Positions 8,951 through 19,766 are shown, counted from the first letter of the stretch. The stretch is DNA of 64,000 nucleotides from a bacterium (GCA_963675755.2 CAXXMD010000003.1:2688001-2752000); one strand, 5' to 3'. The notes: generated by a model not told the origin, from the sequence alone. A program made the numbers and translations.

Positions 8951-9436
8951 TTATAGATATTTGGTCATTCGCATTGCCTTTATGGGCATTTCCGGGTATT
9001 TGTTCACCGTTTCCTGCGTGTGATTAAATCCCATTTTTTTATAAAATCCACTATTATTGTCTGGTACAATTGTATCTACAAACATTTTATTTACCGAGCC
9101 CCAATTGTCTCTAATCCACAATTCAGCAAAATGAATGCAGGATGTCCCAATGCCTTTACCCAGAAAATCCAGATGCAGATAGATTAGCGGAATTTCTGCG
9201 GTGGTTTCGTCAATACGCTTGATTATGAAAAATCCGGCAGCATCTTCTTCATGTTCTACAATAAAGACTTTGCTGGTTTTAGACATTTCAATAAAATCAT
9301 CCGTTGTATATGCGGTAACAGCAGCAGAGATCTGTTGTGGAGACAACTCGCCATAAAATTTTTGAATAAACGCGTCAATTCGGATCTTGAAACAGAAATA
9401 GGCATCTTCACGGTCAAAGGGTCGTATCTTCATCAT
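8951..9436 (-). CDS. GNAT family N-acetyltransferase
   Basis: AEIPLIYLHLDFLGKGIGT (motif A, xxGxGIG) and SGFYKKMGF (motif B). Overlaps the stop of the upstream gene. Confidence 0.85.
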   Translation of the reverse strand: MMKIRPFDREDAYFCFKIRIDAFIQKFYGELSPQQISAAVTAYTTDDFIEMSKTSKVFIVEHEEDAAGFFIIKRIDETTAEIPLIYLHLDFLGKGIGTSCIHFAELWIRDNWGSVNKMFVDTIVPDNNSGFYKKMGFNHTQETVNKYPEMPIKAMRMTKYL

Positions 9437-10674
9437 AGCTCCTGTTGTTGGTTTTTATCGAATACCTGCTCCCATTTGATTTTTGCAGTGATCTGCATGA
9501 GTATAAACAGCGTTATTACAGAACAGATGGTGACAATCACACCCGTAAATCCTTTGAAAAAGAAAGAGTATGAAAAGACAATCAGATACAGGACTTGAGT
9601 TACCGGTGCAACCAGTAATGCAAACTTTGCGGGTGTGAACAGACGCAGATAACTGATTGTGAGAAAAAGAGATACCACTGACGCGATTGCAAACGTCAGG
9701 TACAGATTGAGATGGTCCGAGAAATAAGAATACATGAGATGGAACGAGAAAAACGTTGCTGCCAGAAAAAAGTAATTCATGGGGTGCAAACGGGTTTTGA
9801 ATGTGATGGAAAAGATGAAAATTACAATAAAAAAGAACAACAATGAAACCGGTGCAAAAAAGGTCACGCGTGAGACAATTTTACCGGGATTCAGTTTGTT
9901 GGGTATATTCAGGCCAATATCTTTGCCCGTAACCGAGCTGTCCAGATTCCATTCAAGAGTATAGCCATCTTTTGTTTCGGTTTTGCTTGTGGGAGACATC
10001 ATATTGTTGGGAAAATCAATGTTTTTAAAATCGGTGGTCATAGTCAGGTTGAAATTGTTGATCTGGCTGATGTCTTTGTCTTTGGGCGTTATAAAATAGC
10101 GAATGTTTTCCATTCCGGTACAGTCGTAAGAGATTTCAAGCTGAATGTTGCCGTTTTCATCGGGTACAACGGGAATAGGCTCGCTTTGGACCAATGGTAA
10201 TATATCGTCTTTTAATTCACCGTTAACCCGCAGTGTGATGTTGTTATAGATCGAGTTTGAGGATTGTAACGATGCATTGATATAATAGGTCTCCAACGGC
10301 ACAAAATCGTTGATTGTATATTCATATTTTCCGGTGAATTTGGCTTTGAATGTGGGAAACCAGAGATTTCCTTTTTTACGCTGGTCCAGTTGGGTGTTGA
10401 TGGTTATGTCTGATTTGTTGGGCTCAATTTTATGAAAACCGGAATTTTCTGTATAGGTCTGGTCTGTGACGATTTTGTCCAGATTAATGGGGTGAATTCT
10501 GGAGCAGAACGGCGCATTAATAACCAGCTCATCGCCATAGAGATTGATAACCATACTTTTAATTGAAGAAAATGAAGAATCGGTACGAATTCCGGTAGAA
10601 ACCCCCAGTATCATCCATGCTATAGTGGTGCTTAGATAGATGAAAATGATCGCAATAATGCGTTTTACACTCAT
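9433..10674 (-). CDS. CreD-like inner membrane protein
   Basis: N-terminal TM, large periplasmic loop, six C-terminal TM helices with LHPMNYFFLAATFFSFHL (CreD-type HPxxYxL...F). Confidence 0.7.
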   Translation of the reverse strand: MSVKRIIAIIFIYLSTTIAWMILGVSTGIRTDSSFSSIKSMVINLYGDELVINAPFCSRIHPINLDKIVTDQTYTENSGFHKIEPNKSDITINTQLDQRKKGNLWFPTFKAKFTGKYEYTINDFVPLETYYINASLQSSNSIYNNITLRVNGELKDDILPLVQSEPIPVVPDENGNIQLEISYDCTGMENIRYFITPKDKDISQINNFNLTMTTDFKNIDFPNNMMSPTSKTETKDGYTLEWNLDSSVTGKDIGLNIPNKLNPGKIVSRVTFFAPVSLLFFFIVIFIFSITFKTRLHPMNYFFLAATFFSFHLMYSYFSDHLNLYLTFAIASVVSLFLTISYLRLFTPAKFALLVAPVTQVLYLIVFSYSFFFKGFTGVIVTICSVITLFILMQITAKIKWEQVFDKNQQQEL

Positions 10675-10771
10675 AGGTCCCCTTTCTGTGCATTGTTAGA
10701 CGGGCTATAACATTACACTCTCAGAGTAAACGCAGGTTCCAAAATGAAAGCCAGTTTTTTGTTGACTCCAT

Positions 10772-11083
10772 TCAGACAAGTGCTGTAACAATCCCCACCA
10801 GAGTCCCCAAAACTGCAGAAAAAATGGCAATGGGAATAATACTTTTAGGACTGTCTTTGAGCTGCTGAATCATGACCGGTACGGCAGCCATTTCTGCAAC
10901 CAAAAGTCCTTTAATCCAGGGCGCAACCGGGAGTTGTATGTACGCGATGAAAATTGTAACGACTATCCAGTGCACAAATGCCGAAATGTTGGCGTATTTG
11001 TGCAGTTTTTGTATGACCATGGGAATCACGTCAATGATCCCTGCAATTATTCCGATAGATATAATAATTAAAAGTTTGAACAT
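10772..11083 (-). CDS. small four-TM membrane protein
   Basis: 103 aa, almost entirely hydrophobic (GIIAGIIDVIPM, SAFVHWIVV). GGAAA RBS-like sequence upstream. Confidence 0.7.
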   Translation of the reverse strand: MFKLLIIISIGIIAGIIDVIPMVIQKLHKYANISAFVHWIVVTIFIAYIQLPVAPWIKGLLVAEMAAVPVMIQQLKDSPKSIIPIAIFSAVLGTLVGIVTALV

Positions 11084-11258
11084 AATTATTTCCTTTGCTA
11101 CAATTGTTCAAGGTATTGTAGAAAATATCAAAATTTTACATAATTTCCAAGTAATGCGCAAGTTATACTTTATAGATCAATTCGTAAATGGATCAAATAA
11201 CATAAAAACATTGGGCCTATGGTTCAGCAGGAAAATATGTTTATTATTTAAAAAGAGC

Positions 11259-12017
11259 TCATATTTTATCTGGAATGCGATTAACCATTTTTATAGTATT
11301 TTGGATAAATTGTTCTGCATTTGGGGAAGAATATTCCGAATACTCGCTATCTGACCAAAGAACTTTACCGGTTCCCGAATCAACAATATACAATGTAATC
11401 TGATAATGAGAAACCTGATAAAAAGATGCATAGCCCATTGTTAACAATCCGGTTAACAAGCCCTGACCTATGGATTTTGATAAAGGGACTTTGTTGCCTT
11501 TGCCATGAATTAATACAAGAGGTTTTATAGGTGCTTGAGAAATTGATTTGTGGCCCTGGGTTCCAATAGCAGCCAGACAGTCTTCAAGCATGTTTAATAA
11601 TTCGGGATCTGTACCGGTACTGTTAAAATAAAAGGGAGCATGATTTACCGGTAATTCTTTATGGTTCCAGGATTGCTGCTGTTCTGTTTCAATGGTTTTA
11701 GCTACCGCTTGTCCGTCAAGAAATCTGCCAACTGTTGGGGGAATCACGTTTTCTATGTAATAGCCTTTTTCATAAAATGTTTTTAAAAGCGTGTCTGATA
11801 GTGATTCTCCAATTTCGTGACTTGAGAATACATCTACAATCATTGTGTCGTTTTTACTGCCATGCGCTGCCATGATGTCTGTAAAGAGAGAGCATGATTC
11901 AAATTCATCTTTTTGCACAGAAAAATGCGGATATTTTTTTGCAGGATTTCCAGCCGCACAGTTTAATAATACACAAGACATTGCAAAAATGAATATCATC
12001 CCACATTATTTTTTCAT
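11259..12017 (-). pseudogene. lipoprotein with an in-frame TAA at codon 4 (may still be translated from ATG 11999)
   Basis: RBS GGGGA precedes ATG 12017, reading ATG AAA AAA TAA TGT GGG ATG ATA TTC..., in frame with ORF 11259-11999. Lipobox LLNC. C-terminal YIVDSGTGKVLWS motif is typical of periplasmic lipoproteins. Confidence 0.6.
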
Positions 12018-12117
12018 AACATCCCCTTGAATGATGAGTTTGGTTTGTAATTAGTTTTAACCCTGGGTGCCAATTATTATTGACATTCGAATATATTAAA
12101 TTCTATAGAAAAAGCAA

Positions 12118-12138
12118 AGGCCAAAAATCTTTTGGCCT
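12118..12138 (-). terminator. probable intrinsic terminator of 12161-13435
   Basis: AGGCCAAAA-ATC-TTTTGGCCT stem, followed on the minus strand by a T-rich run. Confidence 0.55.
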
Positions 12139-12160
12139 CTGTTCTGACAAAATTTATTCT

Positions 12161-13435
12161 TTATGATTTGGGCTCTTTGACGTATTTGTCTCCATCTTTG
12201 AGCCAGCGTTCAGGGCGTGACCAGCTTTCAGGATTCACATAAGCGGTTCTGTCCGTTCGTTCCAGTGTTTTCAGCAATTCCGGATCGCCCAGTTCACGGA
12301 ATATCTGGTCTTTTGGATTGAACCGGTTGAATGTATAAATGCCGTCTACTCCGGCTTTCCAGGCGTTCAGCGCTTCACCTCGCCAGATTTTCTCCTCGGT
12401 TACGCCTTCGGGTTCGCCACTGGATTGAATACGGCGTTTCACAAAACACGCGTATGCCGGTACGTCATACTTTTTGCCCAAAGCGGCCCAGTTTTCCCAG
12501 GGTTCCAGTTTGAAATAACCGCCGCCCACAATCAAATCCACCAGATCATCAGCCAGCCATTGTTCCAGATCAATGCCCAATGCTTTGCAATAATCCACCG
12601 AATCGGGTACCCGGATGCCAATGAGAAAAGGTCTGCCGCGTTTGAGGCCGATCTCTTCGGTCATGGTACGAATGCGTTTCATCAGACCGGTCATGAGGTC
12701 GCAATGTTCCTGCGTTACCGGTTCACCTGTCATTTGTGGTTTGAACAATACAGGGTGACGGAAAAAGTCCAATTCTATACCGTCAACATCATAGCGGGTA
12801 CATACATCCTGCAAAATGCGGAGCACCTTGTCCCTGACCGGCTGTAATCCATAATCCACAGACGACCAGCGATTTGCGCCATAAGGCAGAGTAACGTCTT
12901 TGGTGCCCACCATATAATCGGGATGCGCCTTTTTCCACTCGCATAAAGGCACAGAACTGCCGGAATCGTGTGTATCATTCATGCGCATGGACCAGAATAT
13001 TTCAAAATGATTTTCCTGGCAGTACTGTATCATGATTTTAAGCGGATCGGTGCCGTTTTCATTCAGGTGTTTCAGAAAGCGATGCGTAATGTCGTTACGG
13101 CCCTCGCGCAGGAACCACTCACTCTCATTGCTGGGATGGTAATAATAATTAAACACCCCGGTGCAATAAAAGATAGAATCCACATGTGTGCCGGGCAGAC
13201 CATAACTGCGTTTTTGCAGCATGGTTTCGGCGGTAAAGGGTTCGTCCGCTTTAATCAATACCGGCTCGTTGCCGTCATTGTTCATGATCACGCGGCGTTT
13301 ACGATGCGCGGCCTGCTTGCGGTCCTGCCTAAGATCGGCCAGACTGTATTTTTTACTGCATGCGGGAATCATTGAGGTGAGGGACACCGCACCCACGCTT
13401 TTTAAAAAACTTCGACGACTGGTAGGAATTTGCAT
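12161..13435 (-). CDS. Tat-exported glycoside hydrolase-like TIM-barrel protein (GHL10/DUF187-like)
   Basis: SRRSFLK Tat motif. IMNNDG, FWSMRMNDTHD and RYDVDGIELDFFR (YDVDGIxLD pattern), plus GVDGIYTFN. Confidence 0.7.
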   Translation of the reverse strand: MQIPTSRRSFLKSVGAVSLTSMIPACSKKYSLADLRQDRKQAAHRKRRVIMNNDGNEPVLIKADEPFTAETMLQKRSYGLPGTHVDSIFYCTGVFNYYYHPSNESEWFLREGRNDITHRFLKHLNENGTDPLKIMIQYCQENHFEIFWSMRMNDTHDSGSSVPLCEWKKAHPDYMVGTKDVTLPYGANRWSSVDYGLQPVRDKVLRILQDVCTRYDVDGIELDFFRHPVLFKPQMTGEPVTQEHCDLMTGLMKRIRTMTEEIGLKRGRPFLIGIRVPDSVDYCKALGIDLEQWLADDLVDLIVGGGYFKLEPWENWAALGKKYDVPAYACFVKRRIQSSGEPEGVTEEKIWRGEALNAWKAGVDGIYTFNRFNPKDQIFRELGDPELLKTLERTDRTAYVNPESWSRPERWLKDGDKYVKEPKS

Positions 13436-13664
13436 TGCCAGCTCCTGGTTTAAGAGAAAGGATCTATGCTTACAGGTCTAATCATTAGTTCTGTTTTTAT
13501 ATTCATTATGTTTACGGCTGTATGTATAGTATATGAGATTTTGGGAGAAATGCAATGCAAAAAAATGCCCTGTATCAATATCTGCTTCAGGGTTTGAGCA
13601 AGCGGATAATTGTTTTGATTAGGTGTTTTAACTAGTAATCAAATTTGCTGGCAGGAAATGGATT

Positions 13665-14429
13665 TTAATGAACAATTCCAATTTTATAGTTTTTCTTAAG
13701 ATCAGGAATTATATTTTCAACAGAATTGTCATCCAGTGGATTGCTTTCAAGCGCAATATTGATAGTTCTGCCTGATAAAATGCACTCTGAATCATACACT
13801 GGGGATAAATCGCTGATCTTGTTATCAAATAAATTCAAACTATGTATTGCAGGTGAGCATATAAACGGAACAATTGAAGTAACCTGATTGTGATTTAACA
13901 AAACATATTGTAAATTTACCATTTTAGATAAATTGGGAATGTGTTCGATATGATTGTAGTTTGCTGACAAAATTTCCAGCTTTTTCAAGTTTGTTATTGG
14001 AGTAATATCATCAATAGAATTATTATTTAAACTAAGTATTCTCAATTTTTTTAGATTTTCTAAACCCGACAAGTCATCTAACTTGTTGTTGTTGATATTT
14101 AGATATTCAAGTGTAATTAGTTGTTCAATCGGACCAATGTTTGTAATTTCACTGGAATGGATTTTCAAGGTTTTTAATTTGCAGCAATATTCAATACCTT
14201 TTAAATTTTCTATCTTGCCAGCAATTTCCAGTTTTTCGATCTTTTTGAGATCAGACGCTTCCAGGGGACCGGTTGGTTTTTTGATTTTGTCACGAATTGC
14301 TTTATCCAAAATCGGATCTTGAATTTCTACTATGATCACTTTGTCTGAGACCGGATTCTTGTCGCAAGAGAATATTAAGAGTGTGATTAAAAAAAGTTTT
14401 AATATTTGTTTGATTAATATTTTATTCAT
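13665..14429 (-). CDS. leucine-rich-repeat lipoprotein (internalin-like LRRs)
   Basis: Lipobox IFSC. Repeated 22-aa LxxLxLxxNxIxDIxPL units (LEYLNINNNKLDDLSGL, LRILSLNNNSIDDITPI). Confidence 0.88.
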   Translation of the reverse strand: MNKILIKQILKLFLITLLIFSCDKNPVSDKVIIVEIQDPILDKAIRDKIKKPTGPLEASDLKKIEKLEIAGKIENLKGIEYCCKLKTLKIHSSEITNIGPIEQLITLEYLNINNNKLDDLSGLENLKKLRILSLNNNSIDDITPITNLKKLEILSANYNHIEHIPNLSKMVNLQYVLLNHNQVTSIVPFICSPAIHSLNLFDNKISDLSPVYDSECILSGRTINIALESNPLDDNSVENIIPDLKKNYKIGIVH

Positions 14430-14696
14430 AATACTCCCCCTTTTTAGTAATATACTTGAATCTAAAAATATTCTTGAATAAAGACAAGATTTTTCTGTTT
14501 TTAGAGTTGTTTTGCTAAAAAAAGCATTCCCGATTATTTTAATCGGTGATTAAAAGCATAATAGTATTACATACCTAACTGCATGCCAATACTTGATATT
14601 CACGTTTCTACAAATATTCTGGGCCTGGCGGGACATTAAGATATGATACCAATTGATTGTTATTGTTTATTTTTAGTATCGGATTGTCTTGCAAAG

Positions 14697-14764
14697 GCCC
14701 CGTTAGGGGGGCATATATTTGTAGAAATGAAAAACAAAGCTTTTTCGCGTGCCGTTAGGTACGC
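14697..14764. repeat. pair of REP-like hairpins sharing a CGTTAG core
   Basis: GCCCCGTTAGGGGGGC (14697-14712) and GCGTGCCGTTAGGTACGC (14747-14764), each followed by AT..T(T/G)G(T/C)AGAA. Confidence 0.5.
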
Positions 14765-14804
14765 CATCTGGCAGAATGATAAATGATTTTTACTGCATCA
14801 GGTG

Positions 14805-16766
14805 TTATTTAACCAAGCTGATCTTTCGGGTTAGAGTTTGTGATGTTTGTTGTGTTTTGATATCTGCCTGAATCAGATAAATACCACTGGGATAGCTGGC
14901 CGCATTGAATTGAACACTGTGCTGTCCCGTGTCATAATGACGATTTGTCAACAATGCGATCTCTCTTCCCCGGATGTTCAAGATGCGAATCTCAACCTTT
15001 GCCGGTTTGAATAATATAAAGGGAATGGTTGTAACCGGATTAAACGGATTGGGATAATTTTGAGTTAATGAAAATAGAGATTCATTGTTCACAAGATTGG
15101 TGTTCAGTGAATCTAAAATCGTACTGTCACTTTTGACAATGTTTTTAATTTCTATGTTAAAAGTTTTAACAATCTGCACGGGTACAAAATCGGGACCTGC
15201 GTTATGAGGTACCAGTTCTGCGAATATTGCTGCTTTAACCGATTGCAATGCTTTTTGTCCGGTTGCGTGGGTGGGCAATTGAAAAGGATTTTCTGTTTCC
15301 ACTTGAGCGGAATTTACATAATGGAATGTTTGCCGATATTCATCATCGGGATCAGAATTACTGGTTGCCTTGAATGAACTGATGTCTTGTTCAGTAGAAA
15401 CAAAAGAAAATTTGACTGTACTTTTGCTGGTATCAAAGATATATGGATTAATAACAAAGGGTAAATCTCCGTTTATTTTAAAAAAATCATCATATTGGGT
15501 TGTATAGAGATTGTTGTCTTTATTTTTACGTACACTTTTAATTTTACATGTATGATCTACCTGCGGTTTTGAAACCATGTTAAAAATGCCCAACGGTTTG
15601 TCATACAAGGGCAGGGCGTTCGATTGTGCCGCAAAGAGTGTGTCAGGTAGAACGCATCCTGGCAGGTAAAAGAATAATGAATAGAGCCCCTGGCCGAGAC
15701 TTGTATTTTCAGGGAAGGTTATTTCTGTGGGTAATCCGGAAAACGTTCTGGGTAATAGAGAATTGTCCGGTGAGCCGCCGCCTTTGAGGAATTTATACAA
15801 TGTAGCAAAGGGCGCCATGGCGGGAATCCATTTATCACATAAAGTAGTTTCAGCGATTGATAATATATCGTCTGCATACCAGGTTTTGGAGTCCTTGTTG
15901 CCCAGGGCCCATTCCGCAAATGCGTTTTGCGCTTGTTCCACATTTTGATATTTGATCCTCATGTTTTTAAATGGATGGATACTGTTCTCCAGGCGCCCGG
16001 CAGGGTTTGCGCCCTCAAGTTGATTGTTGACAAGCCCGCTGTATGTATTGAACAAGGTAGATTCAAGATACTCTGCATTTTCAATGTTATTTTGATCAAA
16101 GTTTCGTAATGTCTCAATAGAAATGCCGGCACTGAATATTTTTGTACCAATGTCCGGATCATATCCTGAAACATCAAAGTCAACATAGTTCCATTGATAG
16201 GGTGCATACACACCTAAAACATGTATTTCTTCAAGTACGTCTGCATCGGTATAGTCTTTAACAAAACCGCAATTATTCAGATAACTGAGCTCAAACAAGG
16301 GTGTGGTTTTGTCCGGTCTTCCATAACGTGAGAACTCGCTATTGTACAGATATAGTGTAGCCAATATATAGGATGTTTCCGCTTTCTTGGTGCCATAATA
16401 GATATATCGGAGTATACCCTGGTATTCATTGTAAAGTAAGAGGAGGGGGTAGATAGACGAGGTGTTTTCATTTCCAAAATCGCGCAAGAATAATTTCCAT
16501 CCTTGTGATGGATAAATATCATATTTATCTCTGCCTTCCGCATTGAAAAATATGGGAAAGATAAAAGAACCCGCATCATTCCATGGAAGAGACATGTTTA
16601 ATTGTTCCTTACCTGGGTAGTATAAATCGATTTTCAAATTGGGGTCAGAGTACCAGTCCCAGTTTTTGTCTCGTCTTTCATCATCAATAGATCCCATAGT
16701 GCCTGCTTCAATTGAATTGACAAGCATCAAAAACAGGATTATTAAAAAATATGCAATTGATTTCAT
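14805..16766 (-). CDS. secreted protein of unknown function with a C-terminal T9SS/FlgD-Ig-type sorting domain
   Basis: Start moved to ATG 16766 (MKSIAYFLIILF signal, GGGGA RBS). C-terminus FSLTQNYPNPFNPVTTIPF...ILNIRGREIA...SGIYLI...RKISLVK. Confidence 0.8.
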   Translation of the reverse strand: MKSIAYFLIILFLMLVNSIEAGTMGSIDDERRDKNWDWYSDPNLKIDLYYPGKEQLNMSLPWNDAGSFIFPIFFNAEGRDKYDIYPSQGWKLFLRDFGNENTSSIYPLLLLYNEYQGILRYIYYGTKKAETSYILATLYLYNSEFSRYGRPDKTTPLFELSYLNNCGFVKDYTDADVLEEIHVLGVYAPYQWNYVDFDVSGYDPDIGTKIFSAGISIETLRNFDQNNIENAEYLESTLFNTYSGLVNNQLEGANPAGRLENSIHPFKNMRIKYQNVEQAQNAFAEWALGNKDSKTWYADDILSIAETTLCDKWIPAMAPFATLYKFLKGGGSPDNSLLPRTFSGLPTEITFPENTSLGQGLYSLFFYLPGCVLPDTLFAAQSNALPLYDKPLGIFNMVSKPQVDHTCKIKSVRKNKDNNLYTTQYDDFFKINGDLPFVINPYIFDTSKSTVKFSFVSTEQDISSFKATSNSDPDDEYRQTFHYVNSAQVETENPFQLPTHATGQKALQSVKAAIFAELVPHNAGPDFVPVQIVKTFNIEIKNIVKSDSTILDSLNTNLVNNESLFSLTQNYPNPFNPVTTIPFILFKPAKVEIRILNIRGREIALLTNRHYDTGQHSVQFNAASYPSGIYLIQADIKTQQTSQTLTRKISLVK

Positions 16767-17012
16767 GATTGTCCCCGCTAAAAAAAGTGCTTTAGGGTAC
16801 AAGTAAAGATAATCAAGACTATAGCGTTAAAATTCTGATCAAAGACATTGTTGATTTTCTCATGTTTATACCCCTGATAATATCTATATAAAATCTATTA
16901 TTTTTAACAAATAAAAGCAAGTCTATTTTTTCAAGAGCAAGGTTTTATAAAAAAGCGGTTGAATTCCTGCTCAGGTTTTAGTAATATTCTGAAACTAAAA
17001 TAGAGAGAGAAA

Positions 17013-17783
17013 ATGGACAATCATGACGAACAATTCATGTCATCTCTGGATGCGTGCGACCACGGAATCATCGAGTTTATCCCTTATCTGCTGCAAGACT
17101 TGTGGGAACTGGGTTCCCGACCATCGTTAATGTTAGAGATGATAGAAAAGCATATTGAAAATCCTGTCAAAATGCAGGTGCTGGACCTTTGCTGCGGTAA
17201 AGGCGCGGTGCTGGTGCAGATGGCGGCGCGATTCGGCTGTACCGGCGTGGGTGTTGACCTGCTGCCTGATTTTATTGCCGAAGCCAATGAAAAAGCGAAA
17301 AAGCAAAGTGTAGCTGAAAAATTACAGTTCATGCTGGAAGATATTGTAGAATCTGTTGAAAAATATCATGATAAAGATCTGGTGGTTTTTGGTTACGATA
17401 CAGAAGTTTTGGGAGATATTGGCGAGTCCCTGGTCAAGATTCAACCCTGTTTAAAGCCGGGCGGATTTGTACTGCTTGAAACGGTCTTTGCGGTGGATGA
17501 AGAGCTGCAATCGGAAGGTGTAGTCAGTCGGGAGCTTCTCATTCAAGAGATTGAGCAGACCGGTGCTGTTATTATTGATTCTTGTGAATGGACGCAAGAG
17601 GATATGCGGCAGTTGAATTCTGAAAATACCGCAAAAATTCGCAAGCGTACGGAAGAGCTGATTGAAAAATATCCTGACCATCAGGAGCTTTTTGAAGAAT
17701 ATATAGAAAATCAGGAAGCGGAATCTGCAATGCTGGAAGAAGAGATGCGAGGTATTACACTGCTGTTAAAACTGGAAGAATGA
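17013..17783 (+). CDS. class I SAM-dependent methyltransferase
   Basis: VLDLCCGKG motif I, GVGVDL, LKPGGFVLL. Confidence 0.88.
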   Translation: MDNHDEQFMSSLDACDHGIIEFIPYLLQDLWELGSRPSLMLEMIEKHIENPVKMQVLDLCCGKGAVLVQMAARFGCTGVGVDLLPDFIAEANEKAKKQSVAEKLQFMLEDIVESVEKYHDKDLVVFGYDTEVLGDIGESLVKIQPCLKPGGFVLLETVFAVDEELQSEGVVSRELLIQEIEQTGAVIIDSCEWTQEDMRQLNSENTAKIRKRTEELIEKYPDHQELFEEYIENQEAESAMLEEEMRGITLLLKLEE

Positions 17784-17790
17784 GGGCGCT

Positions 17791-18840
17791 TTGAAATATA
17801 AACTATTCTTGATCGTGTTTGTGGGACTGTTGTTAACATCATGTACGCACAAAGACGTACGGCGGATTAGTCCGGAAACCATGCAATCTATATATGAAAC
17901 GGTAAAAACTCCATATAAATATGGTATTGTTTATAAACATCCGGATGATAAAAAAATGGTTGATTCACCTACCATTTTTCGTCATCAGGGCCAGTGGTAT
18001 ATGAGCTATATTGTATTTGATGGTCAGGGTTACGAGACCTGGATGTCAAAGAGTGATGATTTGTTACATTGGCAGACTTTGGGTAAAATACTGGACTTTA
18101 CCGAAAATACCTGGGATGCTAATCAAAAAGCCGGTTATATCTCGCTGGTAGATATTAACTGGGGCGGCAGTTATTCTGTTGAGAAATACACCGGTAAATA
18201 CTGGCTGACCTACCTTGGCGGTGCCACTGAAGGTTACGAGGCCGGTACCCTGGGTGTGGGACTGGCTTTTACCAATGAACTGACACAGCCGGAGCCCTGG
18301 CAGCGCTTTGAAAAGCCCATTTTGCTGCCGGATGATAAAGATGCCCGCTGGTTTGAAAAAAAAACCATCTATAAAAGTCTGGTGTTCAGAGATCCGGAAC
18401 AGGTCACGGGCCATCCCTTTGTCATGTATTATAATGCCAAAGGTGATACTGCAAATTATGAGAGTATTGCTATGGCAGTCTCGGATAATATGACGGACTG
18501 GCAGCGCTTTGGCGATGACCCGGTAATTACCCGCTACAAGGGCATTTGTGGAGACGCGCAGATCGTCAAAATTGGGGATGTATATGTTATGTATTATTTT
18601 GGCGCGTTTTGGCGAGAAGGCGCGTTTGATACCTTTGCCTGCTCATACGATCTGGTCAACTGGACGAATTGGGACGGTGACGATCTTGTAGCTCCATCCG
18701 AATCTTTTGATAAAAAATACGCGCATAAACCGTGGGTGATTTATCACAATGATATTGTTTATCATTTTTATAATGCTGTTGGTGACCAGGGTCGTGTAAT
18801 TGCCCTGGCAACATCGAAACCTTTGAATGGATTGAAATAA
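17791..18840 (+). CDS. lipoprotein glycosidase, five-bladed beta-propeller (GH43/32/117/130-like clan)
   Basis: Lipobox LTSC. Blade repeats VDSPTIF..WYMSY, SDDLLHW, SDNMTDW, SYDLVNW, AHKPWVI. Confidence 0.72.
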   Translation: MKYKLFLIVFVGLLLTSCTHKDVRRISPETMQSIYETVKTPYKYGIVYKHPDDKKMVDSPTIFRHQGQWYMSYIVFDGQGYETWMSKSDDLLHWQTLGKILDFTENTWDANQKAGYISLVDINWGGSYSVEKYTGKYWLTYLGGATEGYEAGTLGVGLAFTNELTQPEPWQRFEKPILLPDDKDARWFEKKTIYKSLVFRDPEQVTGHPFVMYYNAKGDTANYESIAMAVSDNMTDWQRFGDDPVITRYKGICGDAQIVKIGDVYVMYYFGAFWREGAFDTFACSYDLVNWTNWDGDDLVAPSESFDKKYAHKPWVIYHNDIVYHFYNAVGDQGRVIALATSKPLNGLK

Positions 18841-18850
18841 AGGAAAGTAT

Positions 18851-19150
18851 ATGCAATTTGTAGTGGTGGCATATGACCACAAGGATGAAAACGCGCTTGA
18901 AAGGCGTATGGCAGTACGGGAAAAACATTTATCGGATGCTTTTAAATATTATGATGAGGGGAAATGGTTGTCTGCGGCAGGTCTTTTGGATGATGATGGG
19001 AAAATGATCGGTTCTATGATTGTCTGTGAATACGAGTCCAGAGAACAGTTGGAAATTGAATGGTTGGAGCATGAACCCTATGTGCTGAACAATGTTTGGG
19101 ACACCATAAATATCCATCCTGCTAAACTGGCACCCTTTGAAGAAAAATAA
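18851..19150 (+). CDS. YciI family protein
   Basis: RRMAVREKHL, AAGLLDDDGKMIGSMIV, EPYVLNNVW. Confidence 0.88.
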   Translation: MQFVVVAYDHKDENALERRMAVREKHLSDAFKYYDEGKWLSAAGLLDDDGKMIGSMIVCEYESREQLEIEWLEHEPYVLNNVWDTINIHPAKLAPFEEK

Positions 19151-19766
19151 TCGTGAGGAATATGTGGAAAAGCTGATAGCGAATTTGAAAAAGCGAAATA
19201 TGACAGGCTATTTTGTAGAGAATAAAGAACAGGCAGTTGAGAAAATATATGAATTATTGCCAGAAGGTGCATCTGTAGGGTTTGGGGGTAGTGTTACCCT
19301 TGAGCAGATTGGTATTCTTGACGAATTACGTCAACGGGATGATTTTGATCTGCTGGACCGCACCCAAATCAAAGATCCTGCCGATTTACCGGCATTATAC
19401 CAGTGCATGTTTGCAGCGGATGCGTTTTTGAGTAGCTGCAATGCGATAACCGAAAAAGGCCAGATCGTTAATGTGGATGGCCGGGGTAATCGCGTAGCCG
19501 CTATTACATTTGGGCCGAAAAAGGTGATCATTGTAGCGGGTAAAAACAAGATCACCCCGGATCTGGACTCTGCTATGGACCGCGTTAAAAAAGTTGCTGC
19601 CCCAATGAATATAAAGCGAGTGAATGAAGCGGCAAAAGCATCCGGGAATACCGCTGCATTTGAATGGAATGATGAAAATATCTGGGGACAGGTGGGTATT
19701 ATAGAGCGCCAACTGGACCCTGAACGTATACATGTGATTCTGGTTAATGAAGAATTGGGGTATTAA
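19137..19766 (+). CDS. LUD-domain (LutC/YkgG-like lactate utilisation) protein
   Basis: VGFGGSVTLEQIG, FLSSCNAITEKGQIVNVDGRGNRVAA, GPKKVIIVAGKNKI. Confidence 0.85.
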   Translation: MKKNNREEYVEKLIANLKKRNMTGYFVENKEQAVEKIYELLPEGASVGFGGSVTLEQIGILDELRQRDDFDLLDRTQIKDPADLPALYQCMFAADAFLSSCNAITEKGQIVNVDGRGNRVAAITFGPKKVIIVAGKNKITPDLDSAMDRVKKVAAPMNIKRVNEAAKASGNTAAFEWNDENIWGQVGIIERQLDPERIHVILVNEELGY

